From Eledone cirrhosa (taxonomy: Eukaryota), in contig OZ024743.1 of assembly GCA_964016885.1 (NCBI GenBank), forward strand, positions 367,970,001 through 368,034,000: a DNA stretch of 64,000 bases, in the 5' to 3' direction. Both the position numbers and the translations under genes were made by a program. Below the pieces are notes generated by a model, which worked only from the letters and a program-made list of their open reading frames with translations, had not been told where the DNA came from and did no database searches. Numbering within the stretch: the first letter of the stretch is position 1; every line of letters begins with the position of its first letter. Shown piece after piece: positions 1-10,844 of this stretch.

Positions 1-1410
1 TTGATGCATGTAGCAAGGCGAGCCAGTAAAACTTGATGGTAGGATGACCTGCTGGCCCACGTTTTGAGCATTGCCGTCGCAATTCAGTGCATCCTGCAGG
101 TGGATATATTGTTCTGATTGCAAATTTTTCTGGTTTATGCGAATGTATAACAAACGCTCAGATTCTACCATTGCATACATGTCCACCATAAGCTGGCTCA
201 TCACCTCCTTGAACTGCAGAAGCTGATTGAATTGCCCATCTCGGACTATTAGACAGTAGGCATAAAAATCTTTGCAAGAAATAATTTTGTTTGTCTTCTG
301 TCCATTTACCAGGTTTACTTGGCGCAGCTCAAAATTACACCCATCCTCTCCATGTGGAAACATCAAAGGGTACTGCAAACAATCATATGACCTGTGTGTC
401 TCCTTGATGGATGATAAGCAGTTGTCGCGGTGATTGGAGACAATGTCACGGTTGCCATGCTCTTCTCCAACCAGAATGATTGCAACCTTATTTGTTGCAG
501 GTGTATTGAACCGCCGGGCAAGCTCACCAACTGGCCATCTGTCAACCTTGATGATCACTTTGAGATCAGGCATCTCCTCCATTCATTCCAAAGCACACTT
601 GAAGCTGTGGGCATATGGGTGAGTTGCATGTAGCATACTCTGGAACTCTGCTATTATCTGTCTGTCGACACCTTGAGTGAGCCTGCAGTGCTGGTTAACA
701 TCCTCATTCCCACCACCCATGAAATACACTTGCACATACTTGGGCTCTTCATTTAAAACTGGTTGCAGGCTACCCACGCGGTGATAGCACTGCCCCTGGA
801 TCTTATATATGGTGAAGAAGCCTCAAGTCTTTGTCTGCACCGAAGGATGTCATCATAAATGATGCATTGTACTTCCAGATTTTACCACTAAAGTGCTTGG
901 CCTTTGGAGTGTCATCTGTAATCAGCTGCCTCACTACATCTGGAGGATCTTACATTGTCTTGAGTGTCACCTTTCCTCCAGTGCAGCACATAGCTGGAGC
1001 CTCGCCTGGCCACTTGATAGCCCTACAGTATGCGCAGGCATTATCCATTCTGCCAATGGAGACCTTAGGGTTGCTGTCATAATCCCTAGTGAGGTTGTAG
1101 CTGAAAGGCAGCCTTGAGTCAGACAATGTTCCTAGCAACACTGGCTGCTGCTCGTGCAATCCTATCAAATCTCTGTCTTAAAATTCTGGAGGGTGAGTGT
1201 TCACCTTTTCTTGTGTGTCAGTGTGACTCTCTATCCACAGTAAGGCAAAAGTCTCTCTCTGTGGCCGTCCCAGCTTGCCTCACTTTTTCATGGGCTGCTC
1301 TGTCTGCAGCTAGGCAAACTTCTCTCTCTGCGGACGTCTGCATTTGCCTTGCTCTTTTGAGGGCTGCTCTATTTGCATTCAGGTGAGCATCTCTCTCTGC
1401 CGCCATCTCC
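1..1410 (-). pseudogene. Helitron RepHel N-terminal part (STPR-like repeats, Cys cluster, Rep N-terminal domain), frameshifted; continues beyond window start
   Basis: Minus-strand translations give CAYCRAIKWPGEAPAMCCTGGKVTL (~960-1035), YKIQGQCYHRVGSLQP (~765-810) and MVDMYAMVESERLLYIRINQKNL...VILPSSFTGSPCYMHQ (1-190), all typical Helitron Rep motifs. Coiled-coil R/E/A repeats at 1218-1406. Confidence 0.9.
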
Positions 1411-1920
1411 TGGTGAATGAAAAAAGATAGGTAAGTTTACTTGTGAGTTTCCACCCTGATAAAATGTGCACATTTTGGACGTGCTTATGGGGGCAATAAA
1501 TGATGAGAGATCAGGGAAATGTGGGACATGGGGTGGTAGACAGAGAGTGGGTGACATGGAATGCTTGATGGTGTATGGGTACCATAAGAAATAGTTGACG
1601 TGCTTTATTAGAATACCTGTGAACGCCTTTACCACATTTTTCGTGCGCGTACAGTTTGAGAGTTCAACCTTGCTCATTTTGGTAGTGGCATCGTGTTCTT
1701 ATATTTCATAGCTATAAGGTTAGGAGGAGAAGGCGCACCATTAGATATGCCTTTAAGTAGGGTGGAGAGAATCCAAGAGGTCTCTGGAGCAGTGTCTGTA
1801 GAAGGGGATTCATCAAATCTCAACCATTACCCAGCTGTTAATGGGGTAGAGGGAATCACATAAAAAAGGTGGAGGCACAAGGGAATTCCTCAGGCGACTA
1901 ATCTTCTCATTGGCCTGAGT

Positions 1921-2403
1921 CATTAGTAAATGCCTACGTTTTTGTTACCGAGAACAACCCAAATGAAGTGTCACCTAAAAAACGGCCACAAACAATTAAC
2001 ATACAGGTAGCATGAATATATGCCAACATACGATTTGATATTAATTCTTCTAAACAATGTCATAGAAAACTTGGAGTTTAAGTGTTAAGAAATGGAATTG
2101 CTTAGATATGGTACTCTAACATAAAAAAGCATTAAACATGGGTTTTATTGAAAATCCAATATGGGCTTGCCGAGTAGTGTTAAGGTTGCGCATTAGTAAA
2201 CACCTACATTTGTGTTACCAAGAACAACCTGAACGAAGTTTCACCTCAAAAACGGCCGCAAACAATTAACGTACAGGTAGAAAACTTGGAGCTTAAGTGT
2301 TAATAAATGGAATTGCTTAGATATAGTACTGTAACATAAAAGCATTAAACATGGGTTTTAATGAAAATCCAATATGGGCTTGCTGAGCAGTGTTAAGGTT
2401 GCA
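1921..2403. repeat. Diverged tandem duplication (units ~270 and ~213 bp) in the probable Helitron 5' region
   Basis: cattagtaaa...gtgttaaggttgc occurs at 1921-2190 and 2191-2403; the second copy has an internal deletion. Confidence 0.85.
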
Positions 2404-2689
2404 AGTAAAAAGACTGCTGTTTAAGTGAAAACAAATGGAGTTATGTTTAAAAGGACAATTCATGTAATGTAAATTCAATAAGGAACGTATGCGTTTACCC
2501 CAAGAACAATCTTCCGACGATCCGACACCTCGAAATATCAACAAACTAATGAATTGTTGAGTTGTAGGAGGAGTGTTGGGGAGTAGTTGGAAGGAGGTTT
2601 TAAGATACAGTAGGAGTATCTCCTCTTCCCCCTCTCTCACTGAAACGTCTTCTTTTTCCTCCTCCATTGTAAAGATGTCCCCAGGGATT

Positions 2690-2839
2690 CAATTATTGAT
2701 TTTATTGAAATCCAATTAGCCAGTCTTGTACCTGAATATTAGCTTAACATGTGTAAAGTTTCATTATGATCAGCTCACTGGTTTAGGGGCTAACTGGTAA
2801 CACACAGACAGACAGAAATTGCCATTTATATAGTAGAGA
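2690..2839 (-). mobile_element. Helitron 5' terminus (TCTCTACTATATAAA...CTGTCTGT)
   Basis: Minus strand begins TC-TCTACTATATAAATGGCAATTTCTGTCTGTCTGTGTG, the same architecture as the Helitron 5' ends at 28021 and 48998, and lies upstream of the Rep ORF remnants. Confidence 0.65.
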
Positions 2840-3376
2840 CTAGCAGAAAACCACCCGGTGGGCGGTTTTCTGCTAGCAAATCTAGTGTATATACTGATAT
2901 TGTTGAGATTTGGATGAGAAATGTTTTCGGCACCACATGTTCACCGTCTCTCGGTGTGTCTTTTATGCATGTATAAATATATATGTTATCTATACGGTGA
3001 AATCTTTGAAATAAATATATGTTAAAACGAAAAAGGAGAAAAAGAGATTAGTGACGGAAATATAAACGTTATGATACATAAACGTTATGATATAATGATG
3101 GAAATATATCTTCAAATGATCCTTGGCATGGTGTCAAGTCAGAACCGCCTCGAACTGGTTACTTCTGGCTTGTGCAAGGTGTCTCTATAGCAACCAGCGA
3201 TTCCCTTGGCCTCAGTGACCAAAGTCAGTGGAGAGGGGAAGGTAATGTTTCTATAGCGACAGTGTTTCTCTTGGTAGTACCAAAGTGGAGAAAGGAAGGG
3301 GAAGGTAATATTTCTGTAGCACCTACATTTGAGTTTTAGGGAAGGACAGACAGACAGACAAACAGAGAAATACCCA

Positions 3377-3384
3377 TATATTTC

Positions 3385-3425
<41 letters not shown>

Positions 3426-3451
3426 CACACACAGAAATGTATATATATTTC

Positions 3452-3492
<41 letters not shown>

Positions 3493-3568
3493 CACACACA
3501 GAAATGTATATATATTTCTGTGTGTATATATATATATATTACACACACAGAAATGTATATATATTTCT
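3377..3568. repeat. Three tandem self-palindromic microsatellite units [tttctgtgtgt-(TA)n-acacacagaaa]
   Basis: Read directly from the sequence. Confidence 0.85.
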
Positions 3569-3713
3569 TAGAACAAAATTATTATTAATGTTTTGCTGTT
3601 CATAACAATTGGAATTGAAAAATTACTTTTGAAATTATTAGTTATTTTACTAATGCTTAGATATGTAAAAATGAAGCAATGTTTCTAATAATTGTTTCTA
3701 CTTTTGGCACAAT

Positions 3714-4075
3714 GTGTTTGCTGTGCCTGTCCTAACACCAACGTTTGCAATACTCGATTGGACGATAGACAAGATTTGAACAATTGATGTTAGGACTCGA
3801 AAAATACTAAACAACACCGGAAACTTCCACATCAACAGTAACATAGACTGCCTCTATTTAAAATGTAAGCAGGAAGGCAGAGGCCTAACATCAGTCCAGA
3901 AAGCATTTGAATGTCGCATCATATCCCTCCGATAACATTTACGAACCTCAAAGCGTAGGAGCCCATCTATTGAGCAAGTCTATCTGCATGAGACGAATAA
4001 GATCATGAGAGTTGGTAAGGAACTCCTTGAAAGATGTTCTCTGCATGATAATCAAAAACTCACACCCAGGGAAAT
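3714..4075 (+). pseudogene. R4/Dong-type non-LTR retrotransposon fragment (post-RT region)
   Basis: Translates VFAVPVLTPTFAILDW...IDVRTRKIL...FHINSNIDCLYLKCKQEGRGL, matching the AVPVL/ID.KTRK/RLYL..GGRGL signature of R4/Dong elements. Confidence 0.7.
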
Positions 4076-4124
4076 TGCCCATCCACCGCCAATCCACCGC
4101 CCTTAGATCCACTGCCAATAGAAA

Positions 4125-4308
4125 AATAATTGTTTCTACTTTAGGCACAAGGCCAGCAACTACCCAGTGCCTCACTGGTACTTTATTTTATCGACCCCGT
4201 AAGGATGAAAGGCAAAGTCAACCTCGGCGGGATTTGAACTCAGATCGTAAAGGGACGTAACTATGCTAGAAAGCATGGCGTCCGACCCTCTACCGATACT
4301 ACCAATCT
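4125..4308 (-). mobile_element. tRNA-derived SINE (family 1)
   Basis: Minus strand has a B-box (GAGTTCAAATCCC), a central block GCCTTTCATCCTTACGGGGTCGATAAAATAAAGTACCAG and a tail GTAGAAACAATTATT; multiple copies in the window. Confidence 0.85.
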
Positions 4309-5504
4309 AATATTTATTATTAAGAGTGACTGTTTATTTTGAAGTTTTGCTGATACTGCAAGCTTCTTTAAACACTGTTTTGAGAAGCCTGTGAGAACTT
4401 CAAAATAAACAGTAATTATTAATAATAAATATTATATGTGTGTCACTATAGTAAAGCAGACATGAAAATGATGATCAAATTCAACTTCAGAAATCTGTGC
4501 TATTTACATTCGTCCATAGTGTTATATTCAAATATATCTATCTAAGTCGTAGAAATTTGTTACCAGTTTATCATTTTCACAATGCAAACTGAAAGAGCTG
4601 CCGGTGAACGTTAATATTAATTGCATTAAAATCAAAGATTATTGAATTTCATATCTTCCTCAACTCAACACTTTTAATGATCTAATTTCATGTTACAAAC
4701 TGGCTGTTTTACTTATTTTCTCTCTTGAGGGAAATACTTGATAGCTAATACTCAGTTCTAACATACTAGCATTACTCAATGTTATTAGGCCACACAAAAT
4801 ATAGGTTCAAAGAGAGGCTTCACACAAATCTGATCAAAGACGAAAATTCCTGCCAGTTCCGCCATGAAATATTGGGTTGAATTATTGCACAATTAAATTA
4901 TCCCTAGAGTAACATAAAACAATCAACAATAGCAATTTATCATCATTTCATGTTTTCTCATTGATATTTGAATTAGATTTTTTTAAGCAGTGCTTTAGAT
5001 GTCTCAATCTAAAGAAAAGTAACAACAGCCTTTATCATTCCATATTCACAACCGACAGGTTTATGTTATAGTTAGTACATTTAGTTATGAAAACATTTGC
5101 AACAACGATTCTAAAATTTATCTAAATAAATAAGATTAACTAACCCAATCAAACATAAAAAGATGGATATAAATGCTTTGAAAAGTAAAAGTAATTTGTG
5201 TTTATATTTGATTTCATAATGGTGATGGAATGGAATGGTTATTTATAATATCTTGGAATAGAAATATGTATAGATAGTATAGAAATGAACATACATACAT
5301 TTATACATAACATAATCAATGCAACCAGCCACACATATTGACGTGGGAGACTATTCACTAAATTTAAGATGAATACTATCTCTGACAGTAATGCCACATA
5401 TAAATGTATATGTTGTTGTTGTTGCTGGTGTTGTTGTTATTGTTTTTGTTGTCACTGTTGCTGTCATTGGCTTTCTCAATGGTGGTGATAGTTGTTACAG
5501 CTAC

Positions 5505-5915
5505 CTATTTCAGCTGTCAAGCTGGCTGCTGAATCAACTTCTGTGGGTGAAGCACCAATGTCTTCTTTGACCGAAGATGCAGGGTCTTTGGCATTCGCCA
5601 TTTTTGAATTTGAAGTAATTCTAATGAATTTTGTGTCTTTTTTTTGCGCGGGAGCATTTACGCCCATTCCAAGGTGGTTTGTTGGAGGAAAATTATCTAA
5701 TGAATAGCTCGTTCTCTTATGTAAGGGTTACTATTAACATTTTTTTTGAGAATCCTTACAAAAATGTATCAAAATCTTGGAGAAACTCACCAGAGGAGAA
5801 AACATTGTCTAGCAATTTTTCGATTTATTTAGACAGTTGCCCATAACGTATTATTTTGATGTAGATTTCGATTTATCATGTATTGGCACTTGGAGCAGGA
5901 GGTGATTGAATGCAA
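5505..5915 (-). other. Candidate host-gene exon region (5' UTR / N-terminal coding)
   Basis: Unique, CpG-enriched sequence. Acceptor ATCTAAT...TATAG| at 5916; donors TG|GTGAGT at 5790 and AG|GTAGCT at 5504; open frame ...MGVNAPAQKKDTKFIRITSNSKMANAKDPASSVKEDIGASPTEVDSAASLTAEI. No recognisable homology. Confidence 0.35.
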
Positions 5916-6649
5916 CTATATATATAAGATTAGATCCCTTCTTTAAATCTAGAATAATCTATTAACCCAAATCTCGCAACTGACCTGGGTCAGAATGTCA
6001 ATTGGACATGTTTATTTTATGAATTCAATGTTTTGCAATAGTTATTTTAAATATTTTCCTCCATATATAACATACTATAAAATCTTTAACTTGACCTTCT
6101 AAATTCTCAATACACAATATTGTTTACCTTGAAAAATATTTTAATTTTCTAAGAATATTCCAATAAATGCTGTATACTTCTGACAATTTATAACATTTCA
6201 GGTTATTTTCCCAAATGATCTTATTAAAAATATTTACTAAGCACTTAGATTCCAATGAAAATGTTTGTGTGGAAAATTGTCAATTTAAAAGTGAACATTA
6301 TTGCAACATTCTACCTAAAATCAGTTTATTGAGGATTCTGAAAGTGTATAATAATTATCTTCTTTTTTATTCTTTTAATCTGATTTAATTTTATTAAGCT
6401 CTGGCTCCCAGTTTTACGATAATTTGAAAAATGCTTCAATAATCTTTAATTCAATAAACAAAGCAGGTATATATTTTTTCATCAGAAATTGAATTCTTGC
6501 GTTTCTTTCTCTTAAAGCAATTTTCTGTAATAACTAATATTTACTGGCCTTTTATAAGAATTTAGAAGCAATTATATATCAGTAACTGATTTCATAAACA
6601 AAATGAAGAAGTATTTTATCAACAGAAAATGAAAGGTTTTTAAATAAAT

Positions 6650-6782
6650 GACTGATACCCTTCCAGCCTGGCTGTGCATGTCAACCCTGACTATCAACGT
6701 TTTGAATAAAAGAGGTGACAGTATGCACCTTCAGCAAAGTGTGACACCCACATTGAATGGTTTCAACTTGGCACCATCTCTT
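6650..6782 (-). pseudogene. Short RT fragment of RTE family 2 (Expander/Rex3-like)
   Basis: Translates DGAKLKPFNVGV...CILSPLLF (QG.LSP.LF motif region). Confidence 0.55.
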
Positions 6783-6849
6783 GTGTACCCAGGATCTGCA
6801 TTGCGTACATTTTTAGGGAATTTATGCCACTTCCTTTCCTAGATATCGA

Positions 6850-9400
6850 ACATGGCCATTTCCCTGATGGAATCAGAGTATTGTCCTCTCTTCTACTTAT
6901 CAACACTTTTGTCTAAGCTATGTTCACTCTCAGTCCTCTTGATTCCAACTGCTGTTTCGATAGCCATAATTTATTCTCTAGCTCCTCTACTGATTCTGCT
7001 ATGGGAACCAGATCATCAGCATAGAGAAGTTCCCATGAGCAGCCAATCTTAAACTCCTCTGTTATGGCTTGGAGGACTATAATGAACAAGAGCGGGCTGA
7101 GGACCGAACCCTGATGTACCCCTACTTGTATCTGGAATTCCTCACTAAACTCCATTCCTACCCTGACTTTACTGACAGTACCTCTGTACAAAGTTTGCAC
7201 TGTCCTCACAAGCCATTCCTCTACACCTAGTTTCCTTAGGGACCACCAGATGATAGATCGGGGTACCCTATCAAAGGCCTTCTCTAGGTCAACAAAAGCT
7301 AAGTATAGTGGCTTATTCTTCTCTAAGAACTTCTCTTGTAGTTGCCTCACTAAGAAGAGGGCATTTGTTGTACTTTTCCGAGGCACAAAACCAAACTGCA
7401 TCTCATCTAATTTGACCCTTTCTCTAATAAGTTGCGCTAATATTCTCTCTGCCACTTTCATAACCTGATCCATCAGCTTTATGCCCCTATAATTGTTCCC
7501 CTCTAGAGCATCCCCGTTCCCTTCGTAGCAATTTATGAGAATACCGTCTAACCCATGCTAGCGTGGAAGATGGACGTTAAACAAAGATGATGATGATGAT
7601 GATGACTACTGCACCAGTCTTTGGGTATGACACCACCATAAATAGCTTGATTGATGATGCGTGCAACCAGTTTAGTGCCAACTTCTCCTGATGCCTTCAG
7701 CATCTCAGCAACTATCCTCGACTGTCCAGCAGCCTTACCATTCTTCATTTCCTTAATTCTCTCTTGGACCCTATAGTCGTCAATCTCAATATCTGGTACC
7801 TCTGTCGGGTCTACTGGGAGTAATTTCTCTCTCTCCCATTCGTTCTCCACATTCATCAGTCTCTCATAATGACATTTCCAGGCCTCCTTTTTCTGATCAT
7901 TCGTGATACTAAGTACACCGGCATCATTCTGGACACACTTATCTCCAACAACATCTTGATTTGCACTGACACACTGCCTTGCAATGTGGAACACCACACG
8001 TCTCTGATCTTCCCATCGCAGAACATTGGCAAACCTCCTACTCTCAGCCTCCCTGCATGCTAAGTACACCTGACATCTAGCTTCTCTCTTAGCGGCTGTG
8101 TATCCTTCTCTACTCACACTATTTTTCCAAGCCTTCCATGCCAGTCTCTAATGGCCTATCTACCATGCTGTTCCACCACCAGGTCACTCTCTGTCTTGTT
8201 GAACCTCTGCCCCAACCACAAGTTTCATCAGTAGCCTGCAGTAAGTTGTCACGTAAGAAATTCCAGTTATCATCTATGTCATACAACTCTAAATCGTTTA
8301 CTTTTTCGTCATACACATCTTGAAGGGCTTTGCTAAATTTATATTTTAATGAAAAGTCTTTTAGCTTCCAGACCTTTCTTTTCCACACCTTCCTGTATGT
8401 CTCATTCTTTCTCTTGCTTACTGAGATGTCACTAACGACTAACCTATGCTGTGGAGTACATTCTTCCCCAGGGTATGCCTTAGTATTTGACACCATCTGT
8501 CTGTCTCGCTGTCTAACTAGGAGGAAGTCAATCTGGCTTATGTGCTCGCCCGATTTGTAGGTTATTAGGTGGTTGGTAGGCTTCTGGAAGTTAGTGTTGC
8601 AAATGGTTAGTGCATTTGCATCACAAAATTCAAGAAGCCTCACTCCTTTATTTCTTGAGCTGTAATCATGCCCACCATGTACCCAAGTGTATCCATCCTG
8701 GAGCTGTCCAACATGTCCATTGAAGTCCCCTGCTAGCATAACGATGCCTCATTGAGGCTGTTTGTAAAAGTTGCTCGTAAAAGCAGTCTTTCTCTTCTTT
8801 ACCTAGGCCCGCCTGGGGAGCATAGACAGAGATGATGGTCACTAGTCTCTTGCCTACAACTAATCTAAGCTTAATTATTCTATTACTAACTCTAACTACC
8901 TCTATTGTCTTATTGATCCATCTCTCAGCCAATAATATGCCCACCCCACCTAACCCATCATCATTACCCACCCAGAAAAGCTTATAACTATGATGTTTGC
9001 CTGTGATTAGTCTTGCAGAGGCACCTCTCCATCTCACCTCTTGCATACAGCACACATCCACATGCCTTCTCTCCAGCATCTCTGCTATCTCACCAGATCT
9101 ACCTGTGAGAGTGCCAACATTAAGTGTTGCAACTCTGAGATGTGACGTCTCGTTCTTTTTCCTGTTGTGCGATTTCTTGATGACGGTCGTGGAGTTCTCG
9201 CACAGGGCCACACTAGCCACCCCACTACTGTGCGCCGCCCTAACATGGTTAGTGTTGTTGCTGTTTATGCAGTTGTTTTTGTGCGATTGCTTGATGACGG
9301 TCGGGGGGTTCTCACACAGGGCCACACTAGCCACCCCACTACTGTGCACAGCCCTAACATGGTTAGTGTTGTTGCTGTTTACGCAGTTGTTGCAAATTTC
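6850..9400 (-). mobile_element. RTE LINE family 1, degraded (APE endonuclease + RT, 3' end missing)
   Basis: APE motifs ATLNVGTL, CMQEVRW, SVYAPQ, GDFNGHVG, SQIDF, QHRLV; RT motifs [31 protein letters not shown]; stops and frameshifts. A ~114-bp tandem duplication lies at ~9168-9391 and the 5' end abuts (TA)n. Confidence 0.95.
7546..7606 (+). mobile_element. Isolated RTE 3'-tail module (stem-loop + (GAT)n) inserted antisense into the RTE above
   Basis: gtctaacccatgctagcgtggaagatggacgttaaa...(gat)n has the same form as the RTE tails at ~10850 and ~39010. Confidence 0.8.
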
Positions 9401-9407
9401 ATTTGTT

Positions 9408-9416
9408 GTATATATG

Positions 9417-9448
<32 letters not shown>

Positions 9449-9502
9449 TATATAAAAACATACATATATACATATACATACATTCATACATATATGCATA
9501 TA

Positions 9503-9547
<45 letters not shown>
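9408..9547. repeat. (TA)n / (TACA)n microsatellite
   Basis: Read directly from the sequence. Confidence 0.95.
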
Positions 9548-9549
<2 letters not shown>

Positions 9550-9904
9550 ATGATATTAATAAATGGAAACTATATTTATTTTATTATATATATTCCAAGG
9601 GTACCAAAAGTTTGGTATGCCCTCATCAGATAAAATACAAAATTTGTTTTATAAATGGTGACATACCCAAGAAAATCTGTAGAGTGCTTCGAATCTGTTA
9701 TAAATAAATTTGTTGAATAACCAACAAATTAAATATCTCTTTGCCTAAATATATATATATATGTTTCAATTTGGTGTTTTACCACTGGGTAGAATTGGTC
9801 ATTCTGCAATGTTAACTATGACGTAATATGAGGAAAGCACTCAACATTGTGCAACTCATCCATCTTCAATGTTGAATCATATTGGTAGTGCAGGAACAGA
9901 GTAA

Positions 9905-10362
9905 ATATATCATAAAGTGAAATAACAGGAGGCCAAATATGTTGAATTTCCTTAATCTTTGTTATTACTGTAAACACTATGCACATTTCAGTGGCCAGGT
10001 TATGTAAGAACCCGGTGACCTCATCAGGTGCAAATTGTGTAATAGATCTATACCAATGGAATGATGGTATACTTTAAGGAAACAAGCAAAGAAAAGGTGT
10101 GTGCTATGTTTTTGACCCAGACAAAGACGTAGTAGCATGCTGTCACATTGCTCGCCTGCCTTAAAGAGTACCATCATTCTGTTGGTATACATCTATTACA
10201 CAATTTAAACCTGATGAGGTCATCAGGTTCTTATGCAACCTGGCCACTGAAATGTTCATAGTGTTTACAGTTAAAAAGAAATTAAGGCATAACATATTTG
10301 TTATACCTTAATTTCCTTAATTGCCTTAATATTTGGCATCCTGTCATTTCACTTTATAATAT
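9905..10362. mobile_element. Foldback/MITE-like element with ~170-bp diverged inverted arms
   Basis: ctgtaaacactatg...cagtggccaggtt...acctcatcaggt...gaatgatggta is mirrored by taccatcattc...acctgatgaggt...aacctggccactg...catagtgtttacag. Confidence 0.75.
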
Positions 10363-10373
10363 ATATATATATA

Positions 10374-10826
10374 ATGTCACTGGACCGAGATCTTTGGCGC
10401 TACGCAGTAATACAGAAGACTCGCCTTGCCTAAGTACAAAGCGAAATCTACAGTCAGTAGGCACCTCTTAATCAAATATACACGCCCATCCCACTACCCC
10501 GACTACCCCACCCCACCCCCATCAACACCACCCCTTTCTCTGTAAAGTTATGTTGGTACCACAACATCCAGTCCTAAATATATGTGGTTGTATAGGTGTC
10601 ACAACAAAAAAACACACAGTCCAAGCTGTAATGTGGCTGTGTAGGTAACACGGTAAAAACCTCCCAGCCCACACTGTAAACGTGGTTGGTGTTAGGAAGG
10701 GCATCCAGCCGTAGAGAACCAGCCAGACAGTCCTATATGAGCGAGACGACCAATCTTGCCTCAAGTGGGACAATTCACGTCTAAACTTATGCTACCGTGG
10801 AAGATAGACGTTAAACAATGATGATA
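10374..10826 (+). mobile_element. RTE family 1 (subfamily B) 3' fragment with (GAT)n tail
   Basis: ORF end SLDRDLWRYAVIQKTRLA*, 3' UTR block ggtgttaggaagggcatccagc and tail; homologous to 17586-18282. Confidence 0.85.
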
Positions 10827-10844
10827 TATATATGTATATATATA

